64,000 nucleotides of DNA from an uncultured Planctomycetota bacterium (GCA_963719315.1 CAVRBU010000020.1:47014-111013), one strand, 5' to 3'; counted from the stretch's first letter, positions 28,498 to 39,421 are shown. Translations and numbers: made by a program. Notes: generated from the sequence alone by a model not told the origin.

Positions 28498-28577
28498 CAG
28501 CTGTCGGCCAAGTTGTTTCGCCTCGCAAATTGACGTACCATAGCAGGCGGAAAAAAGAATCTCGCGGCGTGCTGTCG

Positions 28578-29399
28578 ATGCTTGCAATACAGATAGGTTT
28601 GATGGGTGCCGGTCGGATGGCCACGGCCTTGGCCCGCGGGCTCGTACAAGCCGGCATCTTACCGGCCGAAGCGATCGTGGCAAGCGACCCGAGCGACGAC
28701 GCACGGCAGGCATTCGCTCGCGAAGTTCCGGGCGCGCTTGTCGCGCCAGAGATTGCGAATCGCGTCGCCGAGGCCGATGTGATTTTTCTGGCCGTGAAGC
28801 CGCAGCAGATGGGTGCCGCGCTGGCCGCGCTTGGCGACACAATTCGCCGCGAAGCGTTGGTAGTCTCGATTGCGGCCGGAATTACAGTCGAGCGGATTGC
28901 GGGGGAATTGCCGGCTGGGCAGCGCATCGTGCGCGTGATGCCGAACACGCCCTGCCTCATCGGCCAAGGGGCGAGCGGATTTAGCCTGGGGAAACATGCC
29001 ACTCCGCAGGACGCCAAACTGGTGGCCACACTCCTATCCGCCGTAGGAGCCGCCTTTGAAGTGCCGGAGAGGATGCTCGATGCCGTTACGGGACTCTCCG
29101 GCTCCGGTCCGGCATTCGTGTATAGTATGATTGAAGCGCTAACCGAGGGTGGTGCGGCGGCCGGGTTGCCCACTGAACTGGCAGCCGAACTCGCCGCGCG
29201 AACCGCCGCCGGCGCCGCGGCAATGGTGCTGCAAACTGGCGAGACGCCGGCCGTCTTGCGCGAGCGAGTGACGAGCCCGGGTGGCACGACCGTCGCCGGT
29301 TTGGCCGTGTTGACCAAGCAGGGATTCAAGGAAGCCGTTATTGGAGCGGTCGAGGCGGCGACGCGGCGGAGTGCCGAACTGGGACGAGCGACCAAGTGA
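28578..29399 (+). CDS. proC: Pyrroline-5-carboxylate reductase
   Basis: GLMGAGRMA, LAVKPQ, SIAAG, RVMPNTP, TGLSGSGPAF, VTSPGGTT. Confidence 0.96.
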   Translation: MLAIQIGLMGAGRMATALARGLVQAGILPAEAIVASDPSDDARQAFAREVPGALVAPEIANRVAEADVIFLAVKPQQMGAALAALGDTIRREALVVSIAAGITVERIAGELPAGQRIVRVMPNTPCLIGQGASGFSLGKHATPQDAKLVATLLSAVGAAFEVPERMLDAVTGLSGSGPAFVYSMIEALTEGGAAAGLPTELAAELAARTAAGAAAMVLQTGETPAVLRERVTSPGGTTVAGLAVLTKQGFKEAVIGAVEAATRRSAELGRATK

Positions 29400-29413
29400 G
29401 GGGTTAGATCGAG

Positions 29414-29680
29414 ATGAGTGTTTTCTGCCGAATCGACGACAAGCACATCCCGCTGTATCGGGTAATGTGGGTAAGTGCCACGCCGCACTATTGCGGCGAG
29501 GAAGATTGCGTTCGCGAAGGCTCCTACGAGATTCGCCTGGAGCAGGGGGAGGCCGTTTGGGCCAGCCTTAAGGAGCGCGATGAAATGCTGCAGCGCCTCG
29601 AATCGTGGCACGGCGACATGGACGTGCCGGACGACGGCGAAGTCGACGGCGACGGCGAAAGCGATATCGACAGTTGGTAG
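29414..29680 (+). CDS. Hypothetical protein
   Basis: Clean ORF in operon position after proC; PHYCGEEDC motif and acidic tail. Confidence 0.75.
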   Translation: MSVFCRIDDKHIPLYRVMWVSATPHYCGEEDCVREGSYEIRLEQGEAVWASLKERDEMLQRLESWHGDMDVPDDGEVDGDGESDIDSW

Positions 29681-29703
29681 CGTTTGCCGCGGGAGTGAAC
29701 AAA

Positions 29704-30201
29704 ATGACCGCAGACAACGATGAGCAGCTCGAATGGCGCGACACGTACTTCGTTCTTTTCCAGCAAGCCGACCGGCCCACGCTTACGCAGGTCGAAGCGG
29801 CGATTACCGAATCCTCCAAGCGGCTGAAGCTCGAAAACCTAGAAGCCGATGAGGATGGGATGTTCGAATCGGTGCTCGTGCAGGCCCCGCAGGACAACGC
29901 GGCGCTCGAAATCAGCTACGAACGGGGAGACGCGGTGATCGAGCAGAGCGCCGAGTTGGCCAAGCAACTCAAGGACGACGCCTCGCCGAAGCAACTCAAG
30001 TTGATGCTCAAAGCCGACGCTCGACTCGACATCATGTTTTTCGAGCGGGTCCGCAACGACATCGGGGACGAAGGCGGAGACGACGACGAGTGGGAGAGTG
30101 GAGCACTCGATCCTTCGAGTTTGCTGAATGTGGTCGGAGCGCTCGCCAAGTTAACCGGCGGATTGCCGATCGACCCAGCCTCGGGGGCGGTGCTGTCGTG
30201 A
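29704..30201 (+). CDS. Hypothetical acidic protein
   Basis: WRDTYFVLF start, ends IDPASG; co-oriented with proC operon. Confidence 0.75.
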   Translation: MTADNDEQLEWRDTYFVLFQQADRPTLTQVEAAITESSKRLKLENLEADEDGMFESVLVQAPQDNAALEISYERGDAVIEQSAELAKQLKDDASPKQLKLMLKADARLDIMFFERVRNDIGDEGGDDDEWESGALDPSSLLNVVGALAKLTGGLPIDPASGAVLS

Positions 30202-30204
30202 ATG

Positions 30205-30305
30205 GTCGAGGGTTTAGGGTTGAGGGTCGAGGGCCGGAATAGGCGTTAATCCAAGCGACGATGTGAAGTAGAATTCTGGCCCTCTACACTCAACACTCAA
30301 CTCTC
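30205..30305. repeat. Inverted heptamer-array element
   Basis: (GAGGGTY)n GCCGGAA ... TTCTGGCCCTC (ACACTCA)n. Confidence 0.65.
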
Positions 30306-30322
30306 ATCCCTTAACCACTTCC

Positions 30323-30886
30323 ATGATTGCCAAAGAAATCAAGCCTGGCGCCGTCGTCAATTACAACGGTTCGCCGCATATGATCGAAAGCATGACGGTG
30401 CAATCGCCGTCGGCGCGCGGCAGCGCCACGTTGTACAAATTCCGCGCTCGTAATTTGCTCACTAAGCAAAAGACGGATATCACGCTGAAAGGCACCGACG
30501 GCTTGGACGATGCGGACTTTGGCAAGCGGGAAATTACGTTCATGTACGCGGATACGGAAGCGGCGCACTTTCTCGATAGCGGCGATTACAACCAGTACGC
30601 GGTGCCACGCGCGGACTTGGCCAACGAGTTACAGTACATTACCGAGAATTTGCAGGGGATGCTCGCACTCGTTTACAACGGGCAGTGCGTGGGCGTGCAA
30701 CTGCCGACCGCGGTGGATTTGAAGATCACGCAATGCGACCCGGCCGTAAAGGGCAACTCGGCCACCTCGCGAACCAAACCGGCCACGCTGGAGACCGGCC
30801 TCATCGTGCAGGTGCCGGAGTATTTGAAAGAGGGCGAGATGATCCGCGTCGATACGCGCAGCGCGGAATTTTTGGCCCGCGCATGA
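30323..30886 (+). CDS. yeiP: Elongation factor P-like protein (EfpL/YeiP)
   Basis: Loop QSPSARGSATLYK with Arg tip (YeiP type), KPATLETGLIVQVPEYL. Confidence 0.85.
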   Translation: MIAKEIKPGAVVNYNGSPHMIESMTVQSPSARGSATLYKFRARNLLTKQKTDITLKGTDGLDDADFGKREITFMYADTEAAHFLDSGDYNQYAVPRADLANELQYITENLQGMLALVYNGQCVGVQLPTAVDLKITQCDPAVKGNSATSRTKPATLETGLIVQVPEYLKEGEMIRVDTRSAEFLARA

Positions 30887-30888
30887 AC

Positions 30889-30969
30889 CGGGGGGCCGGG
30901 GTCGAGTCCGCCGCGGCGGGCGAGCGCCCAGCGCGCTGGGGGCTCACTTCGTTCGACCCCAGCCACCCG
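30889..30969. repeat. Palindromic element (GGGGTCGAG...TCGACCCCAGCCACCC)
   Basis: Imperfect long inverted repeat; relatives at 10169-10257, ~46210-46246 and ~57707-57740. Confidence 0.65.
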
Positions 30970-30997
30970 AAGGTAAGCACGGGGTTTTGAGAAGGCA

Positions 30998-31321
30998 CTA
31001 GGCCTGCAGCACTGGCGTGCTTTGGGCAGCGAACTTGGGCACTGGGTGTTTGATCTCGACCACGTTGCCCGACGCGATTTCTTCTTGGAGCGAGTCCAAC
31101 CGGCCCGAGGCATTGAATTGTCGGGCAAGGACGCGGCGGCCGCCGCCCGTCCAGACGCCGATTGATCGGACCGGGATGCCGGAAGTGGGGCAGAGGAAGG
31201 TCACGCGAGTAGGAGTGACGTCGCTGATATCGACCCGCGTGGTGTCGAGCCGGTAGTTCACTACCAACTCGACACGTCGATTATTCTCTGCGTCCTCCCA
31301 AGTGGCTTGGCAATTGTTCAT
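30998..31321 (-). CDS. Hypothetical protein
   Basis: ATG preceded by AGGAG; 107-aa ORF MNNCQATWED...SIGVWT. Confidence 0.65.
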   Translation of the reverse strand: MNNCQATWEDAENNRRVELVVNYRLDTTRVDISDVTPTRVTFLCPTSGIPVRSIGVWTGGGRRVLARQFNASGRLDSLQEEIASGNVVEIKHPVPKFAAQSTPVLQA

Positions 31322-31634
31322 GATCGTCACTCCTGAATACGTGGATACAAAACGGACCGGTTGGTGGTAAACGGAACGGCGACCCGTGAAGTCGGCCGCC
31401 AACAAAGAACGCGGCATGTGCGAACTGCCGCATCAGGCAGGAAAGTCACACTTTAATTGCCAATTCGACCGGCCGCCACAGCGATTTGACGGAAAATCCG
31501 GCAAACTGCGAAGATTCTGGCGGTTAAATCGGCAGCGGTATCAATGATAGCGGTCGAGCTGCGCAAGGCAAGCAAGACAGCGCGGGGCAGGCATACTTGC
31601 CTGTTTTTTACCGCGGCCTCAACCGGCGAAAGGC

Positions 31635-31826
31635 TTATTTGCTTTTACGCTTTTTCGCAGCAGGTCGTTTTTTGCCGGCTGCCTTCTTGGCCGCTTTGGC
31701 CGCCTTCTTAGGCGACTTTTTTGCCGGCTTGCGAACGGACTTTTTGGCAGACGACGAGCGGCCGCTGAAGATTTTGTCCCAATTGTCTGCATACTGCTTG
31801 TTGGTTCCGACACGAACGACGCTCAT
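31635..31826 (-). CDS. Small basic protein with Lys/Ala-rich tail
   Basis: AAGGAG SD; MSVVRVGTNKQYADNWDKIF head then KKAAK-type repeats. Confidence 0.75.
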   Translation of the reverse strand: MSVVRVGTNKQYADNWDKIFSGRSSSAKKSVRKPAKKSPKKAAKAAKKAAGKKRPAAKKRKSK

Positions 31827-31925
31827 TGCGAATGTTGCTCCTTAGATAACGATATTGAAGATCAATGGTCAGAAGTAGAGTGCTTAGTTGGCGGGAGCTC
31901 GACCTGGCGGCCGACGCTAATTGCG

Positions 31926-33602
31926 CTAACCGTGCTGCAGTTTTTTATAGCGGAAGCGGGTCAACTCGTCTGCGCTTACACCCAATCGTTCGCGGCGCTG
32001 CTCTTCGTAGGTCTGGAAGTTGCCTTCGCACCAGTGGACGTACCCGTCGCCTTCGAAGGCGAGGATGTGCGTGGCCAGCCGGTCCAGGAACCAACGGTCG
32101 TGGCTCACGCAGACGGCGCAGCCGACGAAATTGGTCACGGCCTCTTCCAACGCCCGCAGAGTATCGACATCGAGGTCGTTCGTCGGTTCGTCCAAGAGCA
32201 GCACGTTCGACCCACGGCGCAGCAGCTTGGCGAGGTGGACCCGGTTCCGCTCACCGCCGGACAGGATGCCGACCTTTTTCTGCTGGTCGGTACCCGTGAA
32301 GTTGAATCGCGAAACGTACGCCCGGGAGTTCAAGGTGCGGCCGCCCATATCGAGCGTATCGTGGCCGCCGGAAATTTCCTGGTAGACGCTGTTATCGGCG
32401 ACGAGGCTGTCGCGCGATTGATCGACGTAGCCTAGATTGACGGTCGGCCCGATTTCTAACTCGCCCTCATCCGGTTGTTCCTGGCCCATGAGCATCCGCA
32501 GGAGCGTCGTTTTCCCTGCTCCGTTGGGACCGATGATGCCCACGATTCCGCCCGCGGGCAGGCGGAAGTTCACGTTCTCAAAAATCACGCGGTCGCCGTA
32601 TGACTTGCTGAGGTTGGTGGCTTCCACGACCATGTCGCCCAGCCGCGGGCCGGGCGGAATCTGAATTTCCAACTCTTCGGGTCGATCCTCGAATTGCTCT
32701 GCCGCCATCTTTTCGTAGGCCTGGATGCGGGCTTTGCTCTTCGCTTGGCGGGCCTTGGCCGACGCACGCACCCATTCCAACTCGCGGGCTAGCGTCTTCT
32801 GCCGGGCGGAGGCCTTCTTTTCTTCCACTGCCAGGCGCGCTTGCTTCTGCTGGAGCCAGGATGAGTAGTTGCCTTCAAACGGATGGCCCTTGCCGTATTC
32901 CAACTCCAAGATCCACTTGGCGACGTTATCCAAAAAGTACCGGTCGTGGGTCACGGCGACGACGGTGCCTGGGTAATCATCAAGATGCCGCTCCAGCCAG
33001 GCAACACTCTCGGCGTCGAGATGATTCGTCGGCTCATCGAGCAGCAGCAAGTCGGGCTGCTCCAACAATAGTTTGCACAACGCGACGCGACGCTTCTCGC
33101 CGCCGGAGAGCGTTTCGATGTCGGCGTCGCCGGGAGGCAAATTCATTGCGCCCATCGCGATTTCCACTTTGCGGTCGAGCTCCCAGGCATTCGCATGCTC
33201 GATCTTGTCCTGTACCTTCGCCTGGCGATCCAGCAGCTTTTCCATCTTGTCGGGGTCCGTGACCTCGCCGAGTTGTTCGGAAAGCTGTTCGTATTCGGTG
33301 AGCAGAACCCGCGTCGAGGCGACCGCTTCCTCGACGTTGCCGAAGACGTCCTTATCGGGGTTGAGTTGCGGCTCCTGCGTCAAGAGACCGACCGTGAAAC
33401 CTTCGCTGAGCTTGGCCACGCCGTCGAAGTTCTTATCGAGGCCGGCCATGATCCTCAGCAACGTGCTTTTGCCGGAGCCGTTGCGACCCAGTACGCCGAT
33501 CTTGGCGCCCGGATAGAACGAGAGCCAGATATCTTTGAGGACTTCGCGCTGACCGATTTTCTTGGTCAGGCGTTCCATTTGGAATATGTACTTCTGCGCC
33601 AT
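31926..33602 (-). CDS. ettA: Energy-dependent translational throttle protein EttA (ABC-F)
   Basis: [13 protein letters not shown], two ABC domains, RELEWVR...[10 protein letters not shown] linker, [14 protein letters not shown]. Confidence 0.95.
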   Translation of the reverse strand: MAQKYIFQMERLTKKIGQREVLKDIWLSFYPGAKIGVLGRNGSGKSTLLRIMAGLDKNFDGVAKLSEGFTVGLLTQEPQLNPDKDVFGNVEEAVASTRVLLTEYEQLSEQLGEVTDPDKMEKLLDRQAKVQDKIEHANAWELDRKVEIAMGAMNLPPGDADIETLSGGEKRRVALCKLLLEQPDLLLLDEPTNHLDAESVAWLERHLDDYPGTVVAVTHDRYFLDNVAKWILELEYGKGHPFEGNYSSWLQQKQARLAVEEKKASARQKTLARELEWVRASAKARQAKSKARIQAYEKMAAEQFEDRPEELEIQIPPGPRLGDMVVEATNLSKSYGDRVIFENVNFRLPAGGIVGIIGPNGAGKTTLLRMLMGQEQPDEGELEIGPTVNLGYVDQSRDSLVADNSVYQEISGGHDTLDMGGRTLNSRAYVSRFNFTGTDQQKKVGILSGGERNRVHLAKLLRRGSNVLLLDEPTNDLDVDTLRALEEAVTNFVGCAVCVSHDRWFLDRLATHILAFEGDGYVHWCEGNFQTYEEQRRERLGVSADELTRFRYKKLQHG

Positions 33603-33701
33603 TCGAGGGAATGCTCAATAAAGGTCGGTGGATTTGGAATCACCCATCCTACGCATTCCTTGCCTGAGCGACCAGAGCGAGTGCCACTCTTCGAGCAGCC
33701 A

Positions 33702-34380
33702 TTAGCGGGCGTGCGGAGTGACGCCGAGCACGATATCGAACCGGGCTTCCAGCTCGTCTGTTTTCGACTTTTTGAGCGGCGTGAAGTCGATGGTGACCGA
33801 GTCGCGAGCTTTTGGGTCGCGGATGCTACGGTAGATGCCGTCGCGATCGTTTTGCGGGTGGCCTTTGATGTAACACTGGGTGGTGAACTCGCGCTCGCCC
33901 GGTTGTTTGATCTTGAAATGAATGTGGGGCGTGCGGCCGGGGTAGGGGACCGGCTTCACCGTGCGGAAGTAATAATCGCCAGTCTTGCCGGTGAGGAAGC
34001 GGCCGAAACCCTGGAAGTTAGCGTCGCTTTTCTCGCTGTGGCTGGCGGTGTGCAAGTAATGGCCGTTGCCATCGACTTGCCAGATTTCTACGAGCGCGTT
34101 GCGGAGCGGATCGCCGTTGGCATCGAGCAGCTTGCCGGAGAGGTGTGTGATCTCGCCGACCGCAGGCGTGATGCTGTCGTTCACGATGATGAGATCGTTA
34201 TCCGTATCGAGCGGCAGATGATCTGGGTAGAACGGCCCCTCGGTTTGATCCGGCGTGAGCATGAGCGCTTCGGCGAATGCGCCCGAGACGTTCCAGAAGG
34301 CAGCGAGCGAAAGGCCCGTAGTTGAGGCTGCAGCCGCGCAGGAACGAGCGTCGCGATGAATACGAGTCGTTGGTTGACAT
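33702..34380 (-). CDS. Intradiol ring-cleavage dioxygenase family protein with Tat signal (frameshift ~34325)
   Basis: TEGPFYP, VEIWQVD..G.Y, PVPYPGRTPHIHF; N-terminal SRRSFL Tat motif lies in a different frame. Confidence 0.85.
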
Positions 34381-34432
34381 AATCCGAGTTCCGAAATGAT
34401 GGACTTACGACAGATTTTAACCCCAGAGCCGT

Positions 34433-35239
34433 TCAATCGGATCGGTGATCTTTCCGATTCGCATCGAAGCTAGGCGTTGTGTAAAGCGCACTAGGTAAGA
34501 CGATTTGATCTTGATAGTGTTGTATCTCCTCGCTGGTTGCGGGAACAAACCCATGCCTCTCAATTTCGTCGTCATAAGCCCGTTGTAGCCTACTCACAAT
34601 CATATCCCGAAAACCTGCTTCACTAATGGTCTGTGCGTCCGCGCAGTCCAAAACGCGGCGTCGGTGCCGGTCGATCAATTGTTGAGGTGTTGCCCCCGCT
34701 AATCGCTCCATTGCTAATTCAGGATGTTGGCTTAGTTGAAGCGGATTGTCTGTGGTGCACAGCATGGAACCGTTTTGCCGGCTTGTGTAGATGGCCAATG
34801 TTTTTTCCGAGCGGACCTTGGCGGCACCGGATACTTGGAAAGCGACAATTCTTGCCCAGCAGATTCGATCCGCGCTCAGATGTACGACATTAAATCCTCC
34901 TACGCCTTGCGCCATAATCTCTCGAACTGCAAGAATCTGTTTGAATCCCGCCGACTCTAGAGACCGGATAATGGGTTCGATGATACAGCGAATTTCCTGG
35001 GGAATCTCATGTAAATCGACGAGCCCCGCATTGTCGAGCAAAACGGGGATCCCCGACCGCACTAGTCGGTGGAACAGCTTCGCCACCAGGACCCGGACCA
35101 CATAGCTTAAGCGGCTCGGATTCCTTATGCAGAATCTCCAAAGCTCACCAACAGAGGACTTGGAGTGATCCAAAACGTAGTACCTAGGAGCCGCCGCTGT
35201 CCGCTGGCTCGTTTCGTGTGTGTTGACGCCATCAGACAT
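34433..35239 (-). CDS. Hypothetical protein (AT-richer cargo)
   Basis: 268-aa ORF with atypical codon usage directly after guaA. Confidence 0.6.
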   Translation of the reverse strand: MSDGVNTHETSQRTAAAPRYYVLDHSKSSVGELWRFCIRNPSRLSYVVRVLVAKLFHRLVRSGIPVLLDNAGLVDLHEIPQEIRCIIEPIIRSLESAGFKQILAVREIMAQGVGGFNVVHLSADRICWARIVAFQVSGAAKVRSEKTLAIYTSRQNGSMLCTTDNPLQLSQHPELAMERLAGATPQQLIDRHRRRVLDCADAQTISEAGFRDMIVSRLQRAYDDEIERHGFVPATSEEIQHYQDQIVLPSALYTTPSFDANRKDHRSD

Positions 35240-35268
35240 GCGTTACACCAGATTGAATTAGACGTGTT

Positions 35269-36854
35269 CTATTCCCATTCTATTGTAGCAGGCGGCTTCG
35301 ACGAAATATCGTACACGACGCGATTGACGCCCTTCACTTCGTTAATAATCCGGGTGGATATTCGGGCTAGCAGTTCGGGCGGCAGATGCGTCCAGTCGGC
35401 GGTCATGAAGTCGTCGGTGGTGACGCAGCGGACGGCGAGCGCATCCTCATAAGTGCGGGCGTCGCCCATGACGCCGACGGAGCGGACGGGGAGCAGCACG
35501 GCGAACGCCTGCGACGCACTGCGGTAAAGGTTGGCGGCTTTGATTTCACTGACGACGATCACGTCGGCTTCGCGAAGCGTATCGAGCCGTTCGCGGGTGA
35601 TTTCGCCGAGGCAACGAACGGCGAGACCAGGGCCCGGGAATGGATGCCGCCAGACGATTTCGTCCGGCAACCCCAACTGTACGCCGAGCTGGCGGACTTC
35701 GTCCTTGAACAAGTCGCGGAGCGGCTCGATCAGATCGAAGCCTAACTCCGCCGGTAACCCGCCCACGTTGTGGTGCAGCTTGATCGTATCGGCGGGCCCA
35801 TCGGCGCGGCGCCGCTTTCGATCACGTCCGGATACAACGTACCTTGAGCAAGGAATTTCGCGTCCTTGATCTTGCGGGCTTCGGCGGCGAAGCACTCGAT
35901 GAACGCATGGCCAATGATGCGACGCTTTTCCTGCGGTTCGGTGATGCCGGACAGGGCGCTCAAAAACCGGCCTTCGGCCTTTACGACGTGCAAATCTGCT
36001 TTGAAATGGCCGGTGAACTCATCGACGACCGCTTTCTCTTCGTCCTTGCGCAGCAGACCATTGTCGACGAGGATGCAGGATAACTGCGGTCCGATCGCGC
36101 GGTACAAGAGCGCTGCGACGACGGCCGAATCGACGCCGCCCGATAGGCCGCAGATCACGCGATGTGAGCCCACGCGTTGGCGGACGCCAGCGATCGTTTG
36201 CTCGGCGAAATCGCTCAGTCGCCACGTGCCCGTGCAGCCGCACACTTTGTTCACGAAATTGGCTAGAATCGTTTTGCCTTCGGGAGTGTGCGTGACTTCG
36301 GGATGAAATTGCAAGCCGTACAGCGGCCGCTCGCGATGCTTCACGGCGGCGTGCAGGCAGGTGTTCGTGCTGGCGAGCGGCGTGAAGACGTCCGATACGG
36401 CGTTCACCTGATCGCCATGGCTCATCCAAACTTCGGTCTCGCGCGGCACGCCGGCGAACAAACTGTCGGCGTCGCTGCTGTCGTTAATCGTGCAGTGTGC
36501 GCGGCCGTACTCTCGCACGGGGTGGCGTTCGACGCGTCCGCCTAGGGCCCGACACATGAGTTGCATACCATAGCAAATGCCGAGCACCGGAATGCCAAGT
36601 TCGAAGATCGCGGGATCGCACTGCGGAGCGCCTTCGGCGTACACGCTCGATGGACCACCAGAGAGAATCAACGCGGTGGGCGCTGACTCGCGGACGCGCT
36701 TGGCCGTAATATCGTGCCGCACGATCTCGGCGTACACGTGCTGTTCTCGAACGCGGCGGGCAATAAGCTGGGCGGTTTGCGAGCCGAAGTCCAAAACAAG
36801 CACGCGTTCGGCAGAGAGATCAGACTGTGGCTGGCTATTCGAAGTCGTGGTCAT
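35269..36854 (-). CDS. guaA: GMP synthase (glutamine-hydrolysing), frameshift ~35802
   Basis: [61 protein letters not shown]. Confidence 0.96.
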
Positions 36855-37002
36855 TCCAAAAAACCGTTGCGCCCTGAGAGGAATCGCGATTATAGCGCTC
36901 ACGTGCGACGTGAACCAGTAGCGAGTTGTCGCGATTAGTTAGGGGGCTTATGCTGAGGGCGTACCAAACTTTTCCGCGACCAGCGGTCGCGGCTTTAAAA
37001 CG

Positions 37003-37833
37003 ATGCATATCCTGCTCACCAATGACGACGGTATCTACGCGCCCGGCCTCGCGGCAATGGAGCGCGCGCTTGAGCGTTTGGGCAAAGTAAGCGTCGTGGC
37101 ACCGGCCGTCGAGCAAAGCGGCGTGGGGCATTCGATCACCTTCCTGAGCCCGCTGATGGCGAAGGAAGTATTCGACGGCGAGCGGCGGCGCGGCTGGGCC
37201 GTCGAGGGCAGCCCGGCCGATTGCGTGAAGCTCGCGATCGCGGAGTTTTGCCCGCAGCCGGATATCCTGGTGAGCGGCATCAACGGCGGCCTGAACCTTG
37301 GAATCAACGTACTGTACTCCGGCACGGTGGCCGGGGCGACCGAGGGGGCCGTGTTCGGTATCAAGAGCTTCGCTGTGTCGCTAGAGTACGACGAGCACGC
37401 GAAGTTCGAAGCGGCGGCGGAAATAGCCGTGCGGCTGATCGAGCAGATTCTGGCCCTTCGCGACTCGGGCGAGCACCCGTTGTACAATATCAATATTCCG
37501 ACGGAGGCGTTGGAGCGGGCGACCGAGGTCCGCGTCGTGCCGATGGCAACGGTCGGCTGGCCGGCCGAGTTCGACCGCCGCGAAGACCCGAAAGGCCGGC
37601 CGTACTACTGGGCAATGGGTATTCCGGCAGTTCCGGCGGCCGGCGAAATGACAGACCTCGAAGCGTGGCAAAAAGGCTTCGTGACGCTTACGCCATTGAG
37701 AATCGACCGCACCGAGCGCGAGATGTTGTGCGCAGATGCGCGATTGGAAACTGGATCTGAAATAAGACTCATGCAAAGGCGCGATGGCGCAAAGATGAAC
37801 GCGAATCTGGCTCGATCGAATAAGGGTCGGTAA
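37003..37833 (+). CDS. surE: 5'/3'-nucleotidase SurE
   Basis: ILLTNDDG, GSPADCV, VSGINGGLNLG, YSGTVAGA; exact C-terminus uncertain. Confidence 0.94.
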   Translation: MHILLTNDDGIYAPGLAAMERALERLGKVSVVAPAVEQSGVGHSITFLSPLMAKEVFDGERRRGWAVEGSPADCVKLAIAEFCPQPDILVSGINGGLNLGINVLYSGTVAGATEGAVFGIKSFAVSLEYDEHAKFEAAAEIAVRLIEQILALRDSGEHPLYNINIPTEALERATEVRVVPMATVGWPAEFDRREDPKGRPYYWAMGIPAVPAAGEMTDLEAWQKGFVTLTPLRIDRTEREMLCADARLETGSEIRLMQRRDGAKMNANLARSNKGR

Positions 37834-37923
37834 TCAGCTCCCATTAGCAGTTAAATGTAATTCCAGTTCTTTGCGCCTTTGCGTGAGTCCATTCTGCTCA
37901 ATATTGAAAATGGAGCACAGGCA

Positions 37924-38472
37924 ATGCTTACTTACAAACAATTCGTTGGCTGCGGACTGATGATTGCGTTATCCATTGGATGGATGGGCTGCGGGTCATC
38001 GAGTAGTAGTGGCGGCAGCGCCGGTGGCGGAACGAGTATGGATGCGATGGCGAGGCAAATTGATGCGCAGAATGCTGCCCGCAAGCAGCAGGAGACGGCT
38101 GCAGCGACAAAGGCGACTGCCGATCAAAACGCGGTGGCGGCACAGCCACCAGCGGAGCCTGAGAGGAAGGCCGTCGGGAGGAGAGCAGCCGTTGCCGGCG
38201 GCGGGTATTATGGTGCGATTATGGGTGCGCGGCGGCACGTCATGAATGTTGTCGATAATCTATCTTGGATCCAAGGCGTGCGCAGTTTTAAGGCGGAGGA
38301 AGGCCGGAAACCGAAGGACAATGACGAATTCATGAACGTCGTAGTAAAAAAGTATGAGCTCCAATTGCCGCGGATCGAAGAGGACGAGGAATACGTCTAC
38401 GATCCGAATGGGGAATCAGATGGCGATTTTGGTCAGTTGTATGTGGTGAAGAAAGAGCCCGCAAAACAGTGA
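37924..38472 (+). CDS. Hypothetical lipoprotein
   Basis: Signal with WMGC lipobox-like motif; C-terminal FKAEEGRKPK...LP....EYVYDP...LYV. Confidence 0.7.
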   Translation: MLTYKQFVGCGLMIALSIGWMGCGSSSSSGGSAGGGTSMDAMARQIDAQNAARKQQETAAATKATADQNAVAAQPPAEPERKAVGRRAAVAGGGYYGAIMGARRHVMNVVDNLSWIQGVRSFKAEEGRKPKDNDEFMNVVVKKYELQLPRIEEDEEYVYDPNGESDGDFGQLYVVKKEPAKQ

Positions 38473-38699
38473 CGGGGGCGGGGGCGGGGGGCGGCATAAT
38501 CGATATAGGCGATGTGGGCGGCGTTTGTTGGGCGAGATTCGGCGTTGCCGCCGACGCTAAAGTCGTTAAAGGGGGCGGGTGTTGCGAAGTCGCAACATCG
38601 CTTGCGTGGGTGCGCTTCGAATTAAAATGGGAGTTGTCAGGCAAGGACGCCGGGCCGACCTTCATCCAGTCGATTCGTCTCCTCGTCAGGTTCATCCCA

Positions 38700-39323
38700 A
38701 TGAACGCTCTCTCCCACGTTGGCTTGTTTATATTGGCGATCAGTTTCGCGTCGGTCGCCGCTGCGAGTGAAGCTCCGTGCTCAACGTGTCCGCAACCGGT
38801 GTGTTATCAACGCACGTGCGTGGCCGAAGATACGCGGCCGAGCTGGATTTTTAACCGCAGCACGTACACGCACGATCCGGTCACCGGCGTGCGAGTCGCC
38901 CAATACATGCGCACGCCGCCGGTCGAGCCGCTGGAAGATGAGCGGAACGTGACGAGCCGATATCGCCGCATTCAGACGAATCTGCGTGGCACCGGTGGTT
39001 CGAACGATACGACTTACGATGTGCAGGCTTGGGGCAACGGTCGCGGCGGGCTCGATGCCGAGTGGGAACGCTTTCACGATGCCTGGAAGGAATCCTATCT
39101 GCAAAACGGTTATTACAATCAATCGCCCGGATTTAACGGCAGCGGCAATTGGAACGGACCGTGGAACAACGGCAACGGATTCCCTGGGAACGGTTGGAGC
39201 GGGCCGGGAAACTGGGGCCAAGGGAATTGGGGGCCCGGTAACAACTGGGGGCCCGGCAATGGTGGAGGCAACTGGGGACCACACGGTCCTTGGCAGAATG
39301 GCGGCGGCCCCGGACCGCATTAA
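38700..39323 (+). CDS. Hypothetical secreted protein with Gly/Asn/Trp/Pro-rich tail
   Basis: Signal peptide, CxxC..C, PSWIF.RSTYTHDP.TG.RVAQY, GNWGPG repeats. Confidence 0.7.
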   Translation: MNALSHVGLFILAISFASVAAASEAPCSTCPQPVCYQRTCVAEDTRPSWIFNRSTYTHDPVTGVRVAQYMRTPPVEPLEDERNVTSRYRRIQTNLRGTGGSNDTTYDVQAWGNGRGGLDAEWERFHDAWKESYLQNGYYNQSPGFNGSGNWNGPWNNGNGFPGNGWSGPGNWGQGNWGPGNNWGPGNGGGNWGPHGPWQNGGGPGPH

Positions 39324-39340
39324 CAGCGTCTAACAAATTG

Positions 39341-39421
39341 AACCGCCAAGTCGCCAAGGACGCCAAGAAAGGCGGAAAGCAGCATCGTATTCTCTTGGCG
39401 ACCTTGGCGTTCTTGGCGGTT
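39341..39421. repeat. Inverted 8-9-mer array palindrome (CGCCAAG)n...(CTTGGCG)n
   Basis: AACCGCCAAGTCGCCAAGGACGCCAAG ... CTTGGCGACCTTGGCGTTCTTGGCGGTT between convergent genes. Confidence 0.75.

Noticed and set aside
35742..35895. Programmed frameshift in guaA (and other split genes)
   Set aside because: No slippery heptamer seen; the scattered indel pattern fits sequencing error
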